DNA from: a virus
Taxonomy: Duplodnaviria; Caudoviricetes
DNA length: 64,000 nucleotides
IMG/VR virus record: IMGVR_UViG_2928503688_000006
Coordinates: 5,660-69,659 of that record
Strand: one strand, 5' to 3'
Positions 43,794-53,447 of the stretch are shown one piece after another. How positions within the stretch are numbered: the stretch's first letter is position 1; the number at the start of each line of letters is the position of its first letter. The notes beneath the pieces are model-generated. The model was not told the DNA's origin. It made no database searches and saw only the letters and a program-made list of their open reading frames with translations. The translations under genes were made by a program, and so were the position numbers.

Positions 43794-45407
43794 ATGACTG
43801 CAAAAAGCGTTATCCAGATCGACGTTGACGACTCGAAATTCCGCGAGTTTCATGGGCTCTTTCAGGAGTACCAGAAGAAGCTTGAGGGAATGCCGGAGGA
43901 TTGGGCTAAGGTCGTTGGCGCAATCGATGATGCCAACGACCCCATGGACCACTTTTCGAAGTCGTCCAAGTCGTCCAAAGAATTTATGATGATCGCAGCC
44001 ATTCAGGCTGACGCCATCTCGAAGGCGATGGCGCGCGCAACCGGCGTGCAGGACAAGTTCAACACGAAGGCCAAAGACGGCGCGATACAGATGACCCGGA
44101 TGCAGAAGGCATCTGCGGCCATGCACAAGTCGATCTCTGGCATGGGCTCGGTGCTTCTCAAGCTCGGCACGGTCAGCGCAAGTGGCATTGGTTCGGCTAT
44201 CGCAGCAGTCTACGGGGCCACGAGTGCGCTGTCTAAACAGAATCTCCAAGGCCGGAGTCTCGGTCTGCCAATCGGGCGTACACAAGCTTTTGATGCGAAC
44301 TTTGGAACGAAATTCGGGCTAGATTCCTCAGTGCTGGGGAGCGTGCAAAGTATGGTCGGTGATCCGTCGGCGTTCGCTACTTTTGCGACTGCTGGCATTG
44401 ATCCGATGACGACGCAAAACCAAGACGTCGATAAACTGACCTTCGATCTTTACCGAAGGGAAGTATCGCAATACAGGCAGTGGCAGAAGAGCGGGCAGAA
44501 TGCCGCGATGATGTCGAGGATAATGTTTCCAAGCAGCCCATTTTCGGTGCAGCAATTAAACGCTGGTGCCAGCCACAGCGATGCCGAACTGGTGCAAACA
44601 TGGGCAAAAGATCAGGCCGACGCTAAAAAGAACGCTATCGATCAAGGAACGGCAGACAAGGCCTCAGACGTCAAGGCGCATCTTCTGTCGGACTGGGACC
44701 AAGTAGCAAATGCATTCAACGACCAATTGGCAAAAGCATCCCCTGAGTTGCAAAAAATGGGAGATGCAGCAGCAGCCGCCGCAGTCAGCCTTATCAAGGT
44801 AGCCGGCCCGCAAGCAAAGGAGCTACTTCACGCTCTATTTGATGAGCCATTTGCAAAGCCAAAGGACGGGAAATATCCGAATACAGTCGCTGGCGGCCTG
44901 GCAAAAATGGGATATGGATTACGAGACTTCTTTTCTGGGTCTTCTGAGTCTATGAATAACGGCACGCTAGGAGCACCGACGCTATCCGCAATCATTGACT
45001 CGCAATACACAGTTGAATCGGCGCGCGGCAAGAAACTGCTGTCGCCCAAGGGTGCTCAGGGTCCGATGCAGTTCATGCCCGACACCTGGAAGGAGTGGGG
45101 GCGCGGAAACGTCAACAATCTCGCCGATTCTCAGGATGCCGCGCGGCGGTATGACAGTTTTCTGTTGAAGCGATACGGCGGTGATGTCCGCAAAGCCCTC
45201 GCCGCCTACAACTGGGGCATGGGCAATCTGGACAAGGATATTGCCAAAAACGGACAGAACTGGGAGTCGCATGCACCTCGCGAGACACGCGACTACATCG
45301 CGAAGATTACCCAACTCATGTTGCGGCAAGGTCAGAACGTCAACATCAACATCACCAACTCGACGGCCGCCAACGTGGCGACTTCAATGAACGCGGCGCC
45401 GCACTGA
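43794..45407 (+). CDS. Tape measure protein with C-terminal lytic transglycosylase
   Basis: VES..., SPKGAQGPMQFMPDT, ALAAYNWG SLT motifs. Confidence 0.88.
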   Translation: MTAKSVIQIDVDDSKFREFHGLFQEYQKKLEGMPEDWAKVVGAIDDANDPMDHFSKSSKSSKEFMMIAAIQADAISKAMARATGVQDKFNTKAKDGAIQMTRMQKASAAMHKSISGMGSVLLKLGTVSASGIGSAIAAVYGATSALSKQNLQGRSLGLPIGRTQAFDANFGTKFGLDSSVLGSVQSMVGDPSAFATFATAGIDPMTTQNQDVDKLTFDLYRREVSQYRQWQKSGQNAAMMSRIMFPSSPFSVQQLNAGASHSDAELVQTWAKDQADAKKNAIDQGTADKASDVKAHLLSDWDQVANAFNDQLAKASPELQKMGDAAAAAAVSLIKVAGPQAKELLHALFDEPFAKPKDGKYPNTVAGGLAKMGYGLRDFFSGSSESMNNGTLGAPTLSAIIDSQYTVESARGKKLLSPKGAQGPMQFMPDTWKEWGRGNVNNLADSQDAARRYDSFLLKRYGGDVRKALAAYNWGMGNLDKDIAKNGQNWESHAPRETRDYIAKITQLMLRQGQNVNINITNSTAANVATSMNAAPH

Positions 45408-45408
45408 T

Positions 45409-46152
45409 ATGAGCACACAAGCCGACGCTACGAGGTTCGCCTATGACCTCGCGTTCCAGGTGAGTCCCATAATCCTGGTTGACGGGATCGCGTCGAATAC
45501 GCTGGGTGGAATGCTACCTATCATCGCTCTTGTCGGGCAATCGGCGGCATTCCTGCAAGGTGCGTTGTCGAACGGCTTTTCGAGCAGCGATTTCTTTGCG
45601 CGCTTCGTTCCGATTCCGGGATCAACGTTGATCACCCAGCAGGTTGCGACGTATCCGTTTGCTAACCAGACTGTGGCGGCCAACGCGACAATTCAGAATC
45701 CGCTAAACATCAGCTTGCGCATGATCGCGCCAGTGAAGGACGATGCCGGCTATCTGACGAAGCTGGCAATCTTCACGTCGCTGCAAAACTCGCTAGTGGC
45801 GCACAATGCCAGCGGCGGGACGTACCACATCGCGACTCCCTGGTACATCTACAAGAATTGCATCTTGCAGTCGATCACGGATACGACTGGCGGAGAAGGC
45901 CGCCAACAGCAGATCATGGCTCAGTGGGATTTTATCCAGCCGCTGATCACCGGTCAGCAGGCGACGACCGCCTACAACAGCCTCATGTCGAAGCTGTCGG
46001 GCGGCGGTCAGGTCATTGGCAACAATCTGAGCGCCAGTTCGTCAATCTGGTCTAACGCCGCTGTCGCGGTGGGCTCGGCGGCGCAAAACGCGGTATCGAA
46101 CGTGACTAGTGTTGTCGGCGTGGTGAATTCTTATCTGAGTAGCGCACTGTGA
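45409..46152 (+). CDS. Baseplate/tube initiator protein
   Basis: Position after tape measure; YPFANQTVAANA. Confidence 0.65.
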   Translation: MSTQADATRFAYDLAFQVSPIILVDGIASNTLGGMLPIIALVGQSAAFLQGALSNGFSSSDFFARFVPIPGSTLITQQVATYPFANQTVAANATIQNPLNISLRMIAPVKDDAGYLTKLAIFTSLQNSLVAHNASGGTYHIATPWYIYKNCILQSITDTTGGEGRQQQIMAQWDFIQPLITGQQATTAYNSLMSKLSGGGQVIGNNLSASSSIWSNAAVAVGSAAQNAVSNVTSVVGVVNSYLSSAL

Positions 46153-46424
46153 CGAAGATCCCATTCACGCCCAATAACCTGTCGTCGCCGCCCTTCTCAG
46201 CCTCGTTGACGCTTGATGGCGCGAGCTATGCGGGGAATGTGACCTGGAACATCACCGGCCAGCGCTGGTATCTCACCATAGTCGATTCTTCGGGAAACGT
46301 GAAATGGTCGGGCGCAATGGTCGGCTCGCCGTTGAGCTATGACATCTATCTTGCGCCGGGTGTGTTTTCCACTTCAACGATTTTGTATCGCGAAGATACC
46401 GGAAACTTTGAGATCGTACCGTGA
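46149..46424 (+). CDS. Small baseplate protein
   Basis: LTLDG..Y...VTWN..GQRWYL. Confidence 0.7.
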   Translation: MTKIPFTPNNLSSPPFSASLTLDGASYAGNVTWNITGQRWYLTIVDSSGNVKWSGAMVGSPLSYDIYLAPGVFSTSTILYREDTGNFEIVP

Positions 46425-47383
46425 GCCGCTATTACGAAATCACGCTCACCCCGCAAGGCAGCACGACGCCAATCCGAACGTGGACATCGCACCCTGGCGG
46501 GATATATGATCCTGCCGCGTTGCAGATTGACTATGACGCACTGATCGCACCGTATGGAACGCCTTCAGGCGCTTCGACCGTCTCCATCCACGGCATATCG
46601 CTGAAAGACCTGACGCAGCCGCAGCAGTTCGCGGGCATGAATCTGGAACTGAAGGCGGGCATGAAAGCGGGTCTTCCGCTAGTCAATCCGGCTCAGGCTG
46701 GAACGATCATGAAGGGCCAGGTATTCCAGTGCTTCGGCAACTGGGAAGGCCTTGAGCAGACACTGGACTTCGTTACCATCCCGGCTGCCTACACGGTGGA
46801 TAATCCGGGGAATTTCGTCCTGAACTGGCGCGCCGGAATGTCGCTGTCCGATGCACTGCTCCAGACGCTTGATGTGGCGTATCCGAACACGCCTATCACG
46901 ATGAATATCAGTGCGGACCTCGTTCAGGCTTATGACGAGATTCACGTCTGCGGCACGCTCGACCAGCTCGCGCAGATGGTCGGCGACATCACCGAAGGTG
47001 TCTTTGATAACCGCGTCAACATCGGGATTCAGGGTGGCAAGATAGTCGTATTCGATACGACTTATTCGCCCGCGCCGATACAGCTTGTTTTTACCGATTT
47101 TGTCGGCCAGCCAACATGGATCGCGGTCAATACGATCCAGTTAAAAATGGTCGCTCGAGCCGATCTCGTCATGGGCGGACTCGTCAGAATGCCAGAGGGA
47201 TTGCAGAACCTGCCGGGCTTCGTGACGACGGGGCAAAGCGCCTCTCCCTCGACTGTCAAGTACGAGACGACGTTTCAGAACAATTTCATCGTCAATGAAC
47301 TGCGCCAGATCGGCAATTTCCGGTCCGCCGATGCGTCGCAGTGGGTGACGATTGCCAACTGCATCATGAATCCAAATGGCTAA
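46421..47383 (+). CDS. Baseplate hub protein
   Basis: 320 aa; LKAGMKAGLPL; DFVGQPTW. Confidence 0.7.
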   Translation: MSRYYEITLTPQGSTTPIRTWTSHPGGIYDPAALQIDYDALIAPYGTPSGASTVSIHGISLKDLTQPQQFAGMNLELKAGMKAGLPLVNPAQAGTIMKGQVFQCFGNWEGLEQTLDFVTIPAAYTVDNPGNFVLNWRAGMSLSDALLQTLDVAYPNTPITMNISADLVQAYDEIHVCGTLDQLAQMVGDITEGVFDNRVNIGIQGGKIVVFDTTYSPAPIQLVFTDFVGQPTWIAVNTIQLKMVARADLVMGGLVRMPEGLQNLPGFVTTGQSASPSTVKYETTFQNNFIVNELRQIGNFRSADASQWVTIANCIMNPNG

Positions 47384-48032
47384 CAACTACGCGAAGCTAT
47401 GGGTTCAGAAGAACGCGAACCAGTTGGCGATCAACCGGGCGCAGCAGGCAATCCAGAATACTGGCCGGGCGCTGCCGTGCCGTGTAGTAGGCGTAGATGG
47501 CGCGATCGTCACGGTTGCGTTTGAAGTGAATGCGGCACCGCTCACGCTGCCGAACATCACCATCCCGAAGGCGGAGAGCCCCTGGATTCGCATGCCTACC
47601 CAGGTGGGCGACAAGGGCGTTACTATGCCGGCCGATGCATATCTCGGCGGCGTCTCAGGTCTTGGTGGTGGTGTCGCGAATCTGACGCGCCCCGGCAATC
47701 TGAGCGCCCTTGTGTTTGTGCCGGTGAGTAATGCTGGCTCCGGCCCCGTTGATCCCGATGCGGCGCAGGTGCAGGGGCCGAATGGCGTAATCGCTCAAAC
47801 GACAGAGGGCATTACTTCGTCGGCGGTCGTCAATCAGCAGGGCGTGACGCTGACATACGGCACGACGTCGCTAGTGCTGGACGCTACCGGCATAACGATG
47901 ACATTCGGATCACAGACTATCGTGCTGAACGGCTCGGGCCTGCTGATCAACGGTGATAGCTACGAGGACCATACGCACGGCTATTTCCCTGGTCCTGGGG
48001 CCAAGGTACAGACCGATCCGCCGATCAACTAG
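47376..48032 (+). CDS. Baseplate central spike (gpV/Gp138-like)
   Basis: N-terminal OB fold, QVGDKG; beta-helix; terminal HTH (His-Thr-His) metal site. Confidence 0.8.
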   Translation: MANNYAKLWVQKNANQLAINRAQQAIQNTGRALPCRVVGVDGAIVTVAFEVNAAPLTLPNITIPKAESPWIRMPTQVGDKGVTMPADAYLGGVSGLGGGVANLTRPGNLSALVFVPVSNAGSGPVDPDAAQVQGPNGVIAQTTEGITSSAVVNQQGVTLTYGTTSLVLDATGITMTFGSQTIVLNGSGLLINGDSYEDHTHGYFPGPGAKVQTDPPIN

Positions 48033-48361
48033 CGCGCCGAATAGGTGCCCTTGAGTCCGCCGTAACGGTCCTCCCACATGCTGAATTTGTGCATGAAGTC
48101 CACCGTGCCATTGCTCCAGTGCACGGTCACGTAGCAATCAATCCTGTAGAGCCCCGGAAGGTATTCGTACGCAGGCGTGCCCGCCACGTTCTCGATGCGC
48201 GTGATTTTCGCCGACTGCGGTCCTAATTCCAGCAGATAGGGAATGTTCGACATTTCCATGTCGTGCGCGAGCGGGGCCTGACAGTTCTGCGGAACGCCAG
48301 CCGGGAACGCTTGCGCGCACGTGGCGGCGAGGAATAACAGGGAAGCAAACAGGTTTTTCAT
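48029..48361 (-). CDS. Secreted hypothetical protein, antisense within the baseplate operon
   Basis: GAAGGG RBS; MKNLFASLLFLAATCAQA signal peptide; two Cys in the mature part. Confidence 0.7.
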   Translation of the reverse strand: MKNLFASLLFLAATCAQAFPAGVPQNCQAPLAHDMEMSNIPYLLELGPQSAKITRIENVAGTPAYEYLPGLYRIDCYVTVHWSNGTVDFMHKFSMWEDRYGGLKGTYSAR

Positions 48362-48406
48362 GATGCCCTTCTTTAGATTAAATGGCGCATTCGCCGGGAG
48401 ATGACA

Positions 48407-48811
48407 ATGCGCACGTGGGGAAGAATTTCCAATCAGGATGGCACAAAAACGTGGGTCGAAGTAAGCACGGATTCGGCTGGATATGACGATAACTGTTGGC
48501 TTACTACTCTGGCTCAGGCATTGAAGCTGAATTTGGGAGAATCGCCATTTTTCAGTAATACCGGAATTCCGTCTTACCAAACAATCGTCACGCAAGTGCT
48601 TCCCGATTTCTATGTGAACAATATCCAGCAACAGTTCGCACCGTATTTCTCGTCTCTGACCATTACTCGCCAGCAGAACACTTTCCCGCCTGTATATCAG
48701 GTCACGGCTGTTTGCCATAACGGCGCGATCCTGACGCCCTACGTGGACTCGTCAATCGTCGCTCCGCAACTCGATAGCACGTTCATTCTCGGAACATCGA
48801 CACTAGCATGA
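48407..48811 (+). CDS. Baseplate wedge subunit (gp25-like position)
   Basis: MRTWGRI...LKLNLGESPFF..GIP. Confidence 0.7.
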   Translation: MRTWGRISNQDGTKTWVEVSTDSAGYDDNCWLTTLAQALKLNLGESPFFSNTGIPSYQTIVTQVLPDFYVNNIQQQFAPYFSSLTITRQQNTFPPVYQVTAVCHNGAILTPYVDSSIVAPQLDSTFILGTSTLA

Positions 48812-49956
48812 TAAGACGCCTTGCATTCCTGTTGCTGTTCGCGTGTTCTGCGGCTCATGCACAGTTCAATCCCGGCCAGATTCTGACCGCAGCCCAATTG
48901 AACAGCGCATTTGCGAACGTTCTCGGTATCTCTGGCGGCACGTTGACAGGGCCGCTTACCGTTCCCGCATTGACTGTCACCGGCACGCTGACCGCACCGG
49001 ATATCACGATTAGCGGCGGCACGGTCACTAGCGCAACGATCACCAATAGCACGATCACGAACACGCCGATCAGCGGATCGACCGGTGCATTCACGACGCT
49101 TTCTGCGAGCGGACTGGCGTCTCTCAGTGGCGGCGCGACGATTACCGGCAGTCTCACGGCGACGGGTCTGGTTACGCTTCCCGACCTAGCGGCGCAAGCC
49201 GCAAATACGATGGTGGCAAACGTCACCGGCTCGACGGCATCGCCCACTGCAGTAGCGATTCCGAGTTGCAGCACGGCAAATAGCGCCCTGCAATTCACTA
49301 GCGGAACCGGGCTGGCTTGCGGCACAACGTTCGCCCTCACTGGCGGCACGCTTGCACAATTCGCCGCTACGACTTCGGCGCAACTGGCCGGCGTTATCTC
49401 AAACGAAACCGGTTCCGGCGTACTTGTATTTGGCACGAATCCGACGCTTGCAGGGCCAACCGTTACCGGCACGCTTGCGGCTTCCGCGATTACCGCATCC
49501 AGCACGATCACGCCGTCAAGCACGGCGGGAATTGTCGGCACGACGACTAACGATAGCGCGAATGCTGGATCAGTCGGGGAATATGCCACAGCCACGACCG
49601 CCTCGACATCTGTCACCACGTCGGTTACTGCAAACGCGGCCAGCATTAGCCTGACCGCTGGTGATTGGGAGGTAGAAGGTCTTGTGCAGACGGTTCCCGC
49701 TGGCACGACCGTAGTATCGGGGCGCACGGTTGGCATCAGCACCACGTCGGCCACCATCGCAAACGCAGCACCCGGCGTCTATGACGCGTCAACCACTTGG
49801 TCCAGCGACCCCGCAGGATTTGTAGGGACGATTATTGCTCCCCGAACTCGCCTTAAGTTGGCATCGACTACCACTGTGTATCTGGTAGCGAACATCGCAT
49901 TTTCCGTTAGCACATGTTCCGTGGCCGGGTTCATTCGCGCGACACGAGTTCGCTAA
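48808..49956 (+). CDS. Signal-peptide-bearing fibre-like protein
   Basis: MIRRLAFLLLFACSAAHA|Q; (I/L)SGGT(L/V)T repeats; beta-sandwich-like C-terminus. Confidence 0.7.
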   Translation: MIRRLAFLLLFACSAAHAQFNPGQILTAAQLNSAFANVLGISGGTLTGPLTVPALTVTGTLTAPDITISGGTVTSATITNSTITNTPISGSTGAFTTLSASGLASLSGGATITGSLTATGLVTLPDLAAQAANTMVANVTGSTASPTAVAIPSCSTANSALQFTSGTGLACGTTFALTGGTLAQFAATTSAQLAGVISNETGSGVLVFGTNPTLAGPTVTGTLAASAITASSTITPSSTAGIVGTTTNDSANAGSVGEYATATTASTSVTTSVTANAASISLTAGDWEVEGLVQTVPAGTTVVSGRTVGISTTSATIANAAPGVYDASTTWSSDPAGFVGTIIAPRTRLKLASTTTVYLVANIAFSVSTCSVAGFIRATRVR

Positions 49957-49991
49957 ATCTGCGCCAGTCTCGCGCTGGCACCCCATTTCCA

Positions 49992-50014
49992 AGCTCGCTA
50001 CGGCGGGCTTTTTT
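49992..50014 (+). terminator. Rho-independent terminator
   Basis: AGCTCGC/GCGGGCT followed by a T run. Confidence 0.7.
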
Positions 50015-50028
50015 ATTGGCCCGACCAG

Positions 50029-51453
50029 ATGGCTTCTACCATTAGCCCGACGACCGTACCTTTGGTCATGACGAGCGCAGGGCCGATTGCTACCCCGGCT
50101 GCGACGCTGTACCAGAACCTGATTAACTATGTCGCCTCGCAGTCACCCGGATACACGGTCCTTCCGGCCGGGCTCATTGACGACATTTCTGGTACAGACG
50201 TTGGCGCGCTTATCACGATCGACCAGGCGCGCGTCGATTGCATAAACTCTGTCACCCCTTACGGGGCCAACGCGTTTGTTCTTGCGCAACTCGGCGCGCA
50301 GGCTGGAGTGCCCCAAGGTTCGGCGGCAAACGGTAGCGTCTATGTGCAATTCTCCGGGCCAGCAGGATATGTGTTTCAACCGGGCTTTCTGGTAGGCGAT
50401 GGTTCGAATCAGTACCGCTTGCAGGATGGCGGGGTAATCGAAACGGGCGGTATCAGCCCCCTCCTGTTTGCTGTCGCTACGACTAGCGGAACGTTCGCCA
50501 TTCCTGCCGGCACGGTCACGAAGATTGTCACATCCGTCCCAAGCGCCTACGCCGTCACGGTGACGAACCCGGAAGCGGGCACGCCTGCAACGACGACCGA
50601 GAGCCCACAGGACTATCGCGCACGTGTTCTGCAAGCGGGCATCGTCGCGTCTACGGGCACGCCCGCGTATGTGAAAACGCTGCTTGGCAAAATCATCGGC
50701 GTTCAGCAACGCCTGGTGTCGATCAATCAGTTATCTGGCGGCTGGCAGATCGTTTGCGGCGGCGGCGATGCCTATTCGGTGGCGACCGCAATCCTTCAAA
50801 GCGTTCCCGATATCGCAGTGCTTCAGGGCTCGCAACTTGGCATCACGACGATGACGGCGGCGAATCCCGTCGTCATCACGACGAATCTGCCGAGCGGCTT
50901 CGGAATCGGACAGACTTTCACGGTGACGGGCGCAACGCCGGGCGCATACAACCTGACCTATACGGTTGCGTCGATTGCTGGCGACACGATCACCACCACG
51001 ACGAATGGCGCAGGCTTTGGCGCCTACACAAGCGGCGCGAAGTTCACACCAAACCCGCGCAATGTGGCCGTCTCGCTTTACCAGAATCCAGACACGTATT
51101 CAGTCACGTTCGTGAATCCGCCGCAGCAGACTGTGACGGTTGCAGTGACGTGGAACACCACGTTGCCTAGCTTCACGGCGGGAACGTCAGTAGCGCAACT
51201 CGCATCGCCAGCGATCCAGTCGTACATCAATTCCATAGCTGTGGGTCAGCCGATCAACCTGCTTGAAATGAGTTCGGTATTCCGGGATGCCGTGGCCTCT
51301 GTGATTGCTCCACAAAACGTGACCACGCTGCAGTTCGTGATCACGGTTAATGGTGTAGTAGCCAGCCCGACCGCAGGGACAAGCATCGTTCCGTCTGACC
51401 CGGAAGGCTATTTTCAGATTTCGGCTACAGGCGTCACAGTGACACAAGGGTAA
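50029..51453 (+). CDS. Baseplate J-like protein with beta insert
   Basis: GYVFQPGFLV, NPEAG...ES..DYRARV J-like motifs. Confidence 0.82.
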   Translation: MASTISPTTVPLVMTSAGPIATPAATLYQNLINYVASQSPGYTVLPAGLIDDISGTDVGALITIDQARVDCINSVTPYGANAFVLAQLGAQAGVPQGSAANGSVYVQFSGPAGYVFQPGFLVGDGSNQYRLQDGGVIETGGISPLLFAVATTSGTFAIPAGTVTKIVTSVPSAYAVTVTNPEAGTPATTTESPQDYRARVLQAGIVASTGTPAYVKTLLGKIIGVQQRLVSINQLSGGWQIVCGGGDAYSVATAILQSVPDIAVLQGSQLGITTMTAANPVVITTNLPSGFGIGQTFTVTGATPGAYNLTYTVASIAGDTITTTTNGAGFGAYTSGAKFTPNPRNVAVSLYQNPDTYSVTFVNPPQQTVTVAVTWNTTLPSFTAGTSVAQLASPAIQSYINSIAVGQPINLLEMSSVFRDAVASVIAPQNVTTLQFVITVNGVVASPTAGTSIVPSDPEGYFQISATGVTVTQG

Positions 51454-51457
51454 GGGC

Positions 51458-52360
51458 ATGCAAATAGAGTCATTCAGCACTGCTCCGCTTCAGCAGATCA
51501 TACCCAGTTACCTCTATGCCCAGTACAGCGATGACGAGAGCCTTCAGGCTTTCGTGGCTGCATATAACTCGCTGTCGCAAGGTTATCTTGAGTGGTTCAA
51601 CGGCACGCCGCTGGGGCTTTATACATCGCCCAATATTTCGGGGCCTCTGCTGGACTGGATCGGTCAGGGAATCTACAACATTCCCCGCCCCGTTCTTTCG
51701 ACTCAGACAAGCTTCACGCGCGCCGGATACAACGAGTTCCCGTACAACGAAATGGAGCCGTATAACGGGCTCTCGCACTCGACCTCGGGCACTGCTCAGA
51801 TCGCATCGGACGACATCTACAAACGGATGATGACGTGGAATCTGTACCGTGGAGACGGTCAGATGTTCACTATCGGATGGCTCAAAAACCGCGTGAACCG
51901 CTTTCTTAATGGCGCGAACGGAACTGATTACACGGTTCTCGAGAATCCACCGTCGATCACGGTATCGGGTAACACGTTCACGATCGCGTCATTCGATAAC
52001 ACGGTATTCACAGCGCTTCAGGAGTTGTTGAATGCGCGCCTGATTGCCTTTCCGTTTCAGTACAACGTCGCGTTCAACAGCGTTGGATTCTTCAACGATG
52101 GCGGCGTGCTGTGGATGACGGCCCCATTGAACTATCCGACCGATCCGGGTGGCCTGTCTGCGGGTGACGTCTGGTACAACGGCGGCACTATCGCGGTCGT
52201 GCCGGGCGGCTCTGGAGCCGGAGCGCCAGTGTATTTCGGAGTTATCACCGCATCGGGCCTGCTTGCGCTCGGTGGTGGCGGATTGCCAACGTCGGATCCG
52301 GTCAATACAAACCAGCTTTGGAATAACTCCGGGCTAATTTCCATCTCGGCAGGCCCATGA
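51458..52360 (+). CDS. Baseplate wedge (DUF2612/gpI-like)
   Basis: GPLLDWIG..IY..PRP; SDDIYKR. Confidence 0.72.
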   Translation: MQIESFSTAPLQQIIPSYLYAQYSDDESLQAFVAAYNSLSQGYLEWFNGTPLGLYTSPNISGPLLDWIGQGIYNIPRPVLSTQTSFTRAGYNEFPYNEMEPYNGLSHSTSGTAQIASDDIYKRMMTWNLYRGDGQMFTIGWLKNRVNRFLNGANGTDYTVLENPPSITVSGNTFTIASFDNTVFTALQELLNARLIAFPFQYNVAFNSVGFFNDGGVLWMTAPLNYPTDPGGLSAGDVWYNGGTIAVVPGGSGAGAPVYFGVITASGLLALGGGGLPTSDPVNTNQLWNNSGLISISAGP

Positions 52361-53175
52361 CAGTTTTCATTTTTGCCAACAACATCAATACGACGTTGGC
52401 GGGATCGGTGTCGAATAGCGCAGGAACGATAACGCTATCCAGCACGCAGAATCTGCCGACATCGATTCCTGCCGGGAAAGTGCTGGTTCTCACGCTGAAC
52501 GATGCAGCCACGCGTGGGAATTACGAGATCGTCTATGCGACGGCTATCTCTGGCGCAACGCTGTCGGTATTGCGCGGGCAGGATGGGACATCGCCGCTCG
52601 CATGGCTGACTGGAGACTTCGCATTCAGCCCGCCCACTGCCGGTCAGCAGGCATCGTTCGGGCAACTGGCGGACAACAATACCTATACTGGAAATAACAT
52701 CTTCAGCAATCCGGTTGGCGTTGGAACTGCCGTTGCTTCCGGTCAGGCGATCACGCTCGGGCAGGCCGATGCGACCTTCGCATTGCTGGCGGGCCTCTCG
52801 ACACAGAAATTCGATGTAGCCGCCGCTACCGCATCTACGAATGCGGTGAACCTTGGGCAGTTCGTCGCCTCGCTCGGCGGCACCGGGTATTTCCAGATTC
52901 CCGTTATCACCGCTGGCATAAAACGGAATCTGCTAATCCAGTACGGCACGGCAGCGCTTATTTCGTCGGGCATCGGCAATACGTCAAGCACGTTCAATCT
53001 GCCAACCCCATTTCCGAATTCCCATTTGTGGGACATAGCCAGTTTCGGCGGGACATCTCCGCCGATCGACGGGGCACCATCTGCGGCACCCTCGGGTCTC
53101 TCGCAAGTCCAGTTGTCCCTCTATACGCAATCATCCGGCACGTTCGCGCTGGTGTATCTCGCCATTGGATTCTGA
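52357..53175 (+). CDS. Tail fibre protein
   Basis: EIVYATA..G..L.V.RGQDGT anchor; GYFQIP...LIQYG...P..FPN tip. Confidence 0.8.
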   Translation: MTVFIFANNINTTLAGSVSNSAGTITLSSTQNLPTSIPAGKVLVLTLNDAATRGNYEIVYATAISGATLSVLRGQDGTSPLAWLTGDFAFSPPTAGQQASFGQLADNNTYTGNNIFSNPVGVGTAVASGQAITLGQADATFALLAGLSTQKFDVAAATASTNAVNLGQFVASLGGTGYFQIPVITAGIKRNLLIQYGTAALISSGIGNTSSTFNLPTPFPNSHLWDIASFGGTSPPIDGAPSAAPSGLSQVQLSLYTQSSGTFALVYLAIGF

Positions 53176-53176
53176 T

Positions 53177-53389
53177 ATGCACATTTATGGTTTGCCGCAG
53201 CCGATCAATGGTGAAGAGCTTGTGACGATTTACCAGATGCAAAACGGCCAACTCGCCAAATGTTCAATGCCGCTTGCGCATCTCGCGTCCATCCTGAGTT
53301 CGACCGCATGGGCTGCTGGTCTGCCGACTACGGCGCCGACCACGCCCGGCATCGTCTGGAATAACGACGGGGTTGTCAGCGTAAGTTGA
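53177..53389 (+). CDS. Small tail-associated protein
   Basis: LPTTAPTTPGIVWNNDGVVSVS resembles the WNNSG repeat in the 51458 protein. Confidence 0.6.
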   Translation: MHIYGLPQPINGEELVTIYQMQNGQLAKCSMPLAHLASILSSTAWAAGLPTTAPTTPGIVWNNDGVVSVS

Positions 53390-53408
53390 CCCGCAATAGC
53401 CGATCAAT

Positions 53409-53433
53409 AGCCGCCCACTGAGGCGGCTTTTTT
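53409..53433 (+). terminator. Rho-independent terminator
   Basis: AGCCGCC/GGCGGCT followed by a T run. Confidence 0.8.
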
Positions 53434-53447
53434 ATTGTCTGGAATAA

